Origin: an uncultured Deinococcaceae bacterium
GTDB taxonomy: Bacteria; Deinococcota; Deinococci; Deinococcales; Deinococcaceae
Direction of reading: 5' to 3'
DNA length: 13,290 nt
Assembly: GCA_964252075.1 (NCBI GenBank)
Contig: CAXULY010000078.1
Location: forward strand, 1 to 13,290
Below the pieces are notes generated by a model. That model was not told the DNA's origin. It was given only the letters and a program-made list of their open reading frames with translations, and did not search any database. Numbering within the stretch: position 1 is the stretch's first letter; each line of letters starts with the position of its first letter. Below, piece by piece: positions 7,926-13,290 of this stretch. The position numbers and the translations under genes are program-made.

Positions 7926-8135
7926 ATGCCCCATCCACCTTCACCCCATCCTTTGCTGCTGCAGGTGCAGGCCCTCATCGCGGAGTCCCGCAGGCTCACA
8001 CAGGACTCCGCTGCCTTGCTTCGGCAGCAACGTCTGCAGCAGGAAACCTTGCTGCGAGACCTGGCGCACATGCGCGCGCTGATGGATGAGCAAGAGCAGG
8101 CCCTGCACGGTTTCCGTTTGCGGGGACGCATGTGA
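7926..8135 (+). CDS. Small coiled-coil hypothetical protein (69 aa)
   Basis: MPHPPSPHPLLLQVQALIAESRRLTQDSAALLRQQRLQQETLLRDLAHMRALMDEQEQALH is Q/L/E-rich with a heptad-like pattern. No clear RBS. Confidence 0.55.
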   Translation: MPHPPSPHPLLLQVQALIAESRRLTQDSAALLRQQRLQQETLLRDLAHMRALMDEQEQALHGFRLRGRM

Positions 8136-8149
8136 GGGGGGCGCGGCGG

Positions 8150-8377
8150 TTACAGGGGCAGGTTGCCGTCTGGTTCCATCTCCAGTCCGAGCGCCACCGG
8201 TCCGGTGCCGTCCCCGAAGTACAGGATGCCGACCACCTTGTCCTGCTGCCCGCCACTCCACACGCATGACATGAGTTCCGGGCTGGACATGCCCGACTCG
8301 AACTCCAGCACGAACAGGTCAACCATGCGCTCAGGGTTCAGGGGACGGACGGCATAAAGGGGTTCTACCCAGCTCAG
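8150..8377 (-). CDS. Small hypothetical protein, paralogue of 10708-10926; start uncertain (CTG 8377 or ATG 8326), possibly decaying
   Basis: Absent from the ORF track. The minus frame reads LSWVEPLYAVRPLNPERMVDLFVLEFESGMSSPELMSCVWSGGQQDKVVGILYFGDGTGPVALGLEMEPDGNLPL* and aligns end to end with the 72-aa ORF at 10708. Confidence 0.65.
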   Translation of the reverse strand: MSWVEPLYAVRPLNPERMVDLFVLEFESGMSSPELMSCVWSGGQQDKVVGILYFGDGTGPVALGLEMEPDGNLPL

Positions 8378-8536
8378 GTGAAGGCGTTTCGTCGGGACTG
8401 TAAAGCGGACAGCAGTGCCCCTTCATTCCCTGAGTTCTGGAACCCTTCATGTACCGGTGGCGCCTGATGTAGTGCGCCGCGCCGTTGTGTATGGTCTGTC
8501 CAGGCGTTCCGTTGTGCACAGCGTTGAGCGCCACCG

Positions 8537-8716
8537 AACGGGCCGACCAGCACAGGGGTCGGCCCGTTTATACTGCCCGCGCCCTGCCGCAGTCACGCTG
8601 GGGTGTCTCCGGGCGGCCCACAGCGCATGTGGGCCGCCCGCTTATACTGGCCTGGGCTGACCGGGCGGACACCCAGGAGGCCAGGCGGACCGGCTCCCCA
8701 AGCGCCGGTCCGTTTT
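8537..8716 (+). other. Cluster of hairpins, two of them followed by TTATACTG (candidate structured RNA or regulatory region)
   Basis: 12-bp stem 8537-8548/8557-8568; 13-bp stem 8610-8622/8628-8640; 9-bp stem 8686-8694/8704-8712 followed by TTTT. Confidence 0.5.
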
Positions 8717-8795
8717 CCCACGGTGGTCATGTGCATCGGCTCAGACAGGAACCAGGGGCACCGCGATCGTGTCACGTCGCTTCGGCGGCAGGTGG

Positions 8796-9065
8796 TCAGT
8801 TGAGGCGCTGACCACCCAGCAGGGTGGTGTCATACCAGCGCTGTGCAGCCATGACGTCCTCCTCACCAAACTCGCTGCTCACGTAGAACGTGGCAAGCCA
8901 CGCATCAAGCACCTGCTGCGCCAGCTCCGGCTTGCCGCGCAGGTAGACAGTCACTTGCAGCTGCAGGTCCTGGCTGGCGCGGCCACTGAAGTCCCCCATG
9001 TCGGCCATGTCGATCTCACTGACCAGCTCGGCCAGGTCCTCGGGCGTCAGGTCAAAAAGGCGCAC
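8796..9065 (-). CDS. Acidic hypothetical protein (~89 aa), probably leaderless
   Basis: MRLFDLTPEDLAELVSEIDMADMGDFSGRASQDLQLQVTVYLRGKPELAQQVLDAWLATFYVSSEFGEED... On the minus strand, TATCGT is followed by 6 nt and then GTG at 9065. The upstream part of the 207-aa track ORF is a shadow of the antitoxin gene. Confidence 0.7.
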   Translation of the reverse strand: MRLFDLTPEDLAELVSEIDMADMGDFSGRASQDLQLQVTVYLRGKPELAQQVLDAWLATFYVSSEFGEEDVMAAQRWYDTTLLGGQRLN

Positions 9066-9076
9066 GTCCACACGAT

Positions 9077-9106
9077 ACGGCCCCGCACCGGCTGGTGCGG
9101 GGCCGT
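9077..9106 (-). terminator. 13-bp hairpin downstream of the antitoxin (probable terminator, no U-tract)
   Basis: ACGGCCCCGCACC ggct GGTGCGGGGCCGT, 14 nt past the antitoxin stop. Confidence 0.55.
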
Positions 9107-9120
9107 GGTGGACGGCGCGG

Positions 9121-9531
9121 TTATGTGGCCCGCAGGTCCGCTGCGATGGGCTCGCCACCATCCAGTGGTTCCAGCACGAGGCGCGCCCGGTAGCCCATCC
9201 GCTGGGCGGTCTCCGCGATGGTCTGGGCGTACAGGTTGGCGTCGTCCGCCTCGACCTGTGACACCCGGCCGGGCGACATGCCCCACTGCTCGGCGGCTTT
9301 GCGGACGGTGAACCCGGCGCGCCGCCGGGCCTCGCGGAAGGCCTGCCCGGCGCTCGCCAACACCACCTGGGCGGCGACGTCAGCGGGCGTGGCGGCCACG
9401 AAGCGCGCGGGGTCGGCACCCTCGAAGTCCACGGTCTCCTGGCCGTCGAGGGCGTTCAGGTCGGCCAGATACTCGGCGTCGGGCAGCTCGGCCAGGCCGA
9501 GGGCGTCCTTCCATTCCTGGGCGGTCTTCAT
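9121..9531 (-). CDS. XRE-family HTH antitoxin (HigA-like)
   Basis: AGQAFREARRRAGFTVRKAAEQWGMSPGRVSQVE...TIAETAQRMGYRARLVLEP is a cro/C1 HTH. RBS AGGAGG; the start lies 2 nt after the toxin stop. Confidence 0.85.
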   Translation of the reverse strand: MKTAQEWKDALGLAELPDAEYLADLNALDGQETVDFEGADPARFVAATPADVAAQVVLASAGQAFREARRRAGFTVRKAAEQWGMSPGRVSQVEADDANLYAQTIAETAQRMGYRARLVLEPLDGGEPIAADLRAT

Positions 9532-9533
9532 GG

Positions 9534-9890
9534 TTACAGCCTCCTTGCGGCGACGCGCACCGCTTCGCGCAGGGCGTGACCGGCGGTGTCCCCGGCCTTG
9601 ATCTCGGCGTTCACGATGACCGCGCGGCCATCGGCGGCGGCGATGAAGTACACGCGCGTGCCGCCCACCGCGCCGCCGCGCGCGTGGGTCTTGAGTTCCC
9701 AGATGGGCAGGCCCGTGAGGCGTTTGGCGTAGACCGAGTCGGTGACGGTGGAGGCGCGGTGCAGGTCGATGAGCATGGTGATGGCGGCGTCCACGGCCCG
9801 CTGCTGGCCCTTGTCCGCGAGCAGCAGCAGGTCCTCGATGATGGCCGGGTGGCTGCTGTTGGGGCGGGTGTAGAGGACCAGGGCGGGCAT
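9534..9890 (-). CDS. RelE/ParE-superfamily toxin (HigB/Gp49-like), toxin-first type II TA
   Basis: AKRLTGLPIWELK...GGTRVYF...AVIVNAEIK fits the K-L-G--WEL---R-hY-F pattern, and the gene lies directly upstream of an XRE gene. Confidence 0.8.
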   Translation of the reverse strand: MPALVLYTRPNSSHPAIIEDLLLLADKGQQRAVDAAITMLIDLHRASTVTDSVYAKRLTGLPIWELKTHARGGAVGGTRVYFIAAADGRAVIVNAEIKAGDTAGHALREAVRVAARRL

Positions 9891-9925
9891 GTGTTTAGTA
9901 TGGGCTAAACACCCTGTTTTGTCTA
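9891..9925 (-). promoter_or_regulatory. Leaderless sigma70-type promoter of the TA operon with an overlapping palindromic operator
   Basis: On the minus strand: TAGACA (9925-9920), 17 nt, CATACT (9902-9897), 6 nt, ATG. The inverted repeat GTGTTTAG-N6-CTAAACAC spans 9891-9912, with an extra half-site CTAAACA at 9933-9939. Confidence 0.75.
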
Positions 9926-9947
9926 GTACCTGCTAAACAGCACAGCA

Positions 9948-10064
9948 TTTGCGGGGTCGCATGCGACCCCGCAAAAACGTCCCTGCTTTTTGCTCGTTTA
10001 AGCGGGCCCAGCACCCACCAGCAGCTCCGCCACTCCAGAGGGCGCCAGGGCGCTCAGCAGGCGC
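9948..10064. repeat. 117-bp direct repeat, copy 1, starting with a 28-bp perfect palindrome
   Basis: TTTGCGGGGTCGCATGCGACCCCGCAAA (9948-9975). Gapless match to 10972-11088 at about 97/117 positions by manual count. Confidence 0.9.
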
Positions 10065-10185
10065 TCGCCAAACCGCGCACCCACGGTTGCGCAGCGCGTC
10101 CATGCCCTGCCGTTGGCCTTGGCATACCATCAGGGATGACGTGGCCTCACCCGGCGCCATGCGAGCCCCTTACTGGAGTCTTCAC

Positions 10186-10632
10186 ATGACACCGCCCCTG
10201 CACGTGTTGCTGGTGGATGACGACCCCGCCGAACAGGTGCTGGTGGAACTGCTGCTCCAGGCGCAACCTCACCCCCACCGCCTCACTGCCGTCACGGGCG
10301 GCGACGCGGCCCTGCGCTTCCTGCAGGGCGCCCCGGCCGCCCCGGACCTGGTCCTGCTGGACATCGAGATGCCCGGCATGGACGGCTTCGAGGTGCTCGA
10401 GCACCTCAAGGCGCACCCGGCGTGGCGCCTGATTCCGGTGGTGATGCTGACCTCGAACGACTGGGACGAGGACGTGCAGCGCGCGTACGACCTGCAGGCC
10501 AGCGGCTACCTCGTCAAGGCGGTGCACCCGGGGCAATCCGCGCGGCAGATGGAGGCCTTCCTGACCTTCTGGATGGGCGCCCAGCTGCCCACCCGCCTGG
10601 GGTCGGGCCTGTTCCCTCACCGTCCGCGCTGA
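10186..10632 (+). CDS. Stand-alone receiver-domain response regulator (Rcp1-like), 148 aa
   Basis: VLLVDDD, LVLLDIEMPGMDGFEVL and IPVVMLTS...DVQRAYDLQASGYLVK...FW, a pattern typical of Rcp1-type receivers. GGAG precedes ATG 10186. No output domain. Confidence 0.9.
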   Translation: MTPPLHVLLVDDDPAEQVLVELLLQAQPHPHRLTAVTGGDAALRFLQGAPAAPDLVLLDIEMPGMDGFEVLEHLKAHPAWRLIPVVMLTSNDWDEDVQRAYDLQASGYLVKAVHPGQSARQMEAFLTFWMGAQLPTRLGSGLFPHRPR

Positions 10633-10707
10633 GAGATGAGCGTGGGATGGTCCTCGCATTGAGGGAACTGCCAGCCTGCACTGATGAGATTCGCTTAGCG
10701 TAGAGGG

Positions 10708-10926
10708 ATGTCGAGCGTGGAAGCCATAGCAGTCCGTCCGGTGGACCTGGCGCGCGCCGGGGAGCTGTTCGTCATCGAGCTGCTCAAGGGCGCGGAGGTG
10801 ATCAAGCCGGGGCACCAGGTGGTGTTCCACGGGCAGACCTTCCGGGTGGTGGGCATCCTGCACTTCGGGGACGGGCATGGGCCGGTGCTGCTGGGTGAAC
10901 TGCTGCCTGAAGAGGCGAGGGCCTGA
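10708..10926 (+). CDS. Small beta-rich hypothetical protein (72 aa), probably leaderless
   Basis: TAGCGT (10696-10701), 6 nt, then ATG. GC3-rich, with a paralogue at 8150-8377. Confidence 0.8.
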   Translation: MSSVEAIAVRPVDLARAGELFVIELLKGAEVIKPGHQVVFHGQTFRVVGILHFGDGHGPVLLGELLPEEARA

Positions 10927-10970
10927 CCGGTGCACCCTCCTGAAGGGCGTCCGGCATCACCTGGCAAAGC

Positions 10971-11088
10971 TTTTGCGGGGTCGCGCGCGACCCCGCAAAA
11001 ACGTCTCTGATTCTTTTTAGATCACCCGGGCCCACCACCCACCAGCGCCTCCGCCACCCCGTATGGCGCCAGGGCGCTCAGCGGGCGC
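10971..11088. repeat. 117-bp direct repeat, copy 2, starting with a 30-bp perfect palindrome
   Basis: TTTTGCGGGGTCGCGCGCGACCCCGCAAAA (10971-11000), offset 1024 bp from copy 1. Confidence 0.9.
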
Positions 11089-11157
11089 GCCTCGTCTCCG
11101 CCCTGACATCTCCACCGCCTACCGCCCGGGGTTCTCGGGTGCGCTCACCCCAGACGC

Positions 11158-12348
11158 TCAGTGACCTTGAGGCGGCTCTTCATCCTCCAGGCCGCCCACC
11201 CCCAGCTCCACCGGCGGAGCCAGCGTGATGTCCCGCAACACCAGCAACGCCCGTTCGGGACCCATCGGGGTGACGCGCCCTTCCAGCGTGCGTTCCCGTG
11301 GATCTCTGGAGGGCGTTTCCCTCAACACGAACGGCCGCGACCGCTCATTGCGCTGGACGCTCAGACGCAGGTGCAGCATCACCTGCTCGGCCGTCACGGG
11401 CGGCCACAGGTGGTACACGCTGCGCCCCACCGGATTCGGGAGCAACGCCAGCCCATCGGGTTGGTAACTCAGCACCATCCCTTCCCTCGACAGCACGAAC
11501 AGCGTATCGGGAATCGCCTGCAACAGCGCCTGGGCGTGCAGCTGGCTCTGCGCGAGCGCGTGCTGGTCCGCCTGCTGGCTGCTGCGGTCACGAATCAACA
11601 GGGTGCTGTGCGTGCCGTCCACCTGCAACTGCCGACTGGCGATGTCCAGAACCAGCGCCGCACCGGTCCCGGTTCGCCCTTCGACGTGCCCGAGCTGCCA
11701 GCGGTGCGCGTTCGCCTCCGGCAGGACGCCCAGCCCACCAGGAATCACCGCCTTGAGCGGTGCGCCCTCCAGTTCCGCCACGGCGGCCTCAAACAGCCGC
11801 CCGGCGGCGGGGTTGGCGTAGGTGATCTGACCGGACTCACTGTAGGCCAGCACCGCGTCGGTCAGGTACTCAACGCTGCTCTCATACGGCAGCAGGCGCG
11901 CCTCGACCTGCACGGCGCGCAACAGGGCCTGATGCTGCACCAGGTAGTCCGAGGCCAGGCAGGTGGCGTCCAGCAGCGCCTGGTAGTGCGGCCGTTCGAA
12001 CCGGCGAGGTTGCTGCCGCAGCAGGTACATGGACCCGAGCCACGCCCCGTCCGCGCGTTTCAGCCGGGCCCCGATGTAGAAGCCGATTCGGAAGCCGCCC
12101 ATGGTGTCCGCGAGCGCTTCGAAGCGGGGATCTGCGGTGGTGTCGGTCAGCACCAGCAGGTCCGCCGTCAAGAGCGTCGCCAGCGGGGGCACGTTGAGCT
12201 TCAGCGGCCAGCTGTGGGCGGCCAGGATGTCGTCTTGAGGGTCGGTGATGAGTACCATGTCGGCGCCCAGGCGGTCGGCGATGAGTCGGCACAGGCTGGT
12301 CAGCACCGGATGCGGCAGCGGAACCAGGACTTCTTCAGGCTCGGACAT
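11158..12348 (-). CDS. GAF-PAS-PAS sensor protein (396 aa) without a recognisable output domain
   Basis: RBS GAGGAG precedes ATG 12348. GAF: DTTADPRF...IGFYIGARLKRADGAWLGSMYLL. PAS1: LTDAVLAYSESGQITYANPAAGRLF...LLIRD. PAS2: AIPDTLFVLSREG...LLVLRDIT. A short acidic tail and the stop follow. Confidence 0.85.
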   Translation of the reverse strand: MSEPEEVLVPLPHPVLTSLCRLIADRLGADMVLITDPQDDILAAHSWPLKLNVPPLATLLTADLLVLTDTTADPRFEALADTMGGFRIGFYIGARLKRADGAWLGSMYLLRQQPRRFERPHYQALLDATCLASDYLVQHQALLRAVQVEARLLPYESSVEYLTDAVLAYSESGQITYANPAAGRLFEAAVAELEGAPLKAVIPGGLGVLPEANAHRWQLGHVEGRTGTGAALVLDIASRQLQVDGTHSTLLIRDRSSQQADQHALAQSQLHAQALLQAIPDTLFVLSREGMVLSYQPDGLALLPNPVGRSVYHLWPPVTAEQVMLHLRLSVQRNERSRPFVLRETPSRDPRERTLEGRVTPMGPERALLVLRDITLAPPVELGVGGLEDEEPPQGH

Positions 12349-12592
12349 AACTCCTCTCGCCACCCCACCCGGTACAACCTGGGGCGGTACCTCGTCTGTA
12401 CCTTATACCGACTGCGGGGTCCTCCCCGTTCGGGCGCGAATCCCGCAGGCCACGACCGAGGACGTGCGCTGTCGGGCGGTGGTCTGCCGCACCAAACCTG
12501 AGCGATGCCCCATGGGCAAAGGGCGCATCATCCAAGCCGCGCCCGCCTGATCTGCCGCGCGTGTACACTCCCCGAATGAAGTCGGATCAGCA

Positions 12593-12829
12593 GTGACCCC
12601 GCACCCACGGCGCCAACGGACCTTCAAGTTCTCGGTGAGCACGGACGTGCAGCTCGGCCACCTGTGCCTGGTGACAGGCAGCGGCGCCACGGCGGTGGTG
12701 GAGCAGGCGGTGGCGCAGTACTACCGGCGTTTGTTCGGAACGGAGGCGCTCCGGGCGTTGCTGCCGTCCGCCGGGACCGCCTTGGGGCCCTCGGAAGACC
12801 AGATGTCCGACGCGCGAAGACGCCCGTAG
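12593..12829 (+). CDS. Small putative DNA-binding protein (ribbon-helix-helix-like)
   Basis: RRQRTFKFS (basic beta strand), TDVQLGHLCLVTG (helix), ATAVVEQAVAQYYRRLF (helix). The GTG start overlaps the stop of a 6-codon mini-ORF. Confidence 0.55.
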   Translation: MTPHPRRQRTFKFSVSTDVQLGHLCLVTGSGATAVVEQAVAQYYRRLFGTEALRALLPSAGTALGPSEDQMSDARRRP

Positions 12830-12912
12830 GGGAAGGACGCCGAGCCGCGCGATTTCGCGCCGCGCCGCCCAGCGAACCGGTGCGCGGCACCGTCGAGACG
12901 CAGGAAGGCCGC

Positions 12913-13290
12913 ATGCCCGCCGTGGACTGGGTGGGCGCCCTCACCCACAAGGCCTGCACCAGCGCCCTGGTGGTCGACGTGCCCGCCAGCGCCGACGAGA
13001 GCCGCGCCTTCATGCGCCGCGCCCTGCAGCAGGCCTTCCCCGGCGCCGAGGCCGCGCACACCGACGAGCAGACCGACGTGCTGCTGCAGCTCGCCTCCGA
13101 GCACCCCATCGGCTCGCGCGTGTCCATCCGCGTCAGCGCCCCGACCCGCCGCGGGGACGGCTTCGACGCGCACCATGAGGTGCTCGCGCCGGACGCCCGT
13201 GACCGCGCGCTCGCCGCGCAGCAGGGCCCGTGGACGCAGGCCTTCCTGGACGGCAACGCCCGGCCCGGTAGCGACGTCCCGCCGCGCCGC
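12913..13290 (+). CDS. Hypothetical protein, 5' part (runs off the window)
   Basis: AGGAAGG precedes ATG 12913. The frame MPAVDWVGALTHKACTSALVVDVPASADESRAFMRRALQQAFPG... stays open to the window end with very strong GC3 bias. It is absent from the ORF track because it has no stop. Confidence 0.75.
   Translation, partial: MPAVDWVGALTHKACTSALVVDVPASADESRAFMRRALQQAFPGAEAAHTDEQTDVLLQLASEHPIGSRVSIRVSAPTRRGDGFDAHHEVLAPDARDRALAAQQGPWTQAFLDGNARPGSDVPPRR

Noticed and set aside
8331..8811. Short ORFs 8331-8534, 8415-8660, 8485-8811, 8593-8775 and 8603-8803
   Set aside because: They overlap one another, cross strong hairpins, and show no codon bias or recognisable motifs.
9948..11000. Palindromes as intrinsic terminators, CRISPR repeats or IS ends
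   Set aside because: T-runs are on the wrong side of the stem on both strands. There are only two full copies, 1 kb apart, with no spacer array, cas gene or transposase.
12412..12448. CTGCGGGGTC...GCGCGAATCCCGCAG as a further palindrome copy
   Set aside because: Only a 9-nt exact match and it needs a long insertion. This is plausible by chance at this GC content.

Overview
High-GC window that looks like a Deinococcus-type accessory region. Support for this is a DrRRA-like regulator and several TANNNT-6nt-start leaderless genes. The left part resembles a decayed prophage late/tail module: a truncated upstream ORF, an 832-aa tail-spike-like protein, and a hypothetical gene coupled to a frameshifted lipoprotein. 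It is interspersed with and followed by cargo genes: an OmpR-family regulator, a YciE/YciF (DUF892) ferritin-like gene, a CorA-family transporter with a GQN motif, a toxin-first RelE/HigB-type toxin with an XRE antitoxin and palindromic operator, a stand-alone receiver protein, a GAF-PAS-PAS protein without an output domain, and several small hypotheticals. Two ~1.0-1.15 kb modules are each bracketed by direct repeats. One pair is a 117-bp repeat carrying a loop-less 28-30 bp perfect palindrome; the other is a duplicated gene 3' end, each copy followed by a terminator. A small paralogous gene pair and a tandem hairpin+TTATACTG element are also present. No integrase, transposase, histidine kinase, tRNA, rRNA or CRISPR array is visible. 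Family assignments come from motif recognition and memory, not database searches.
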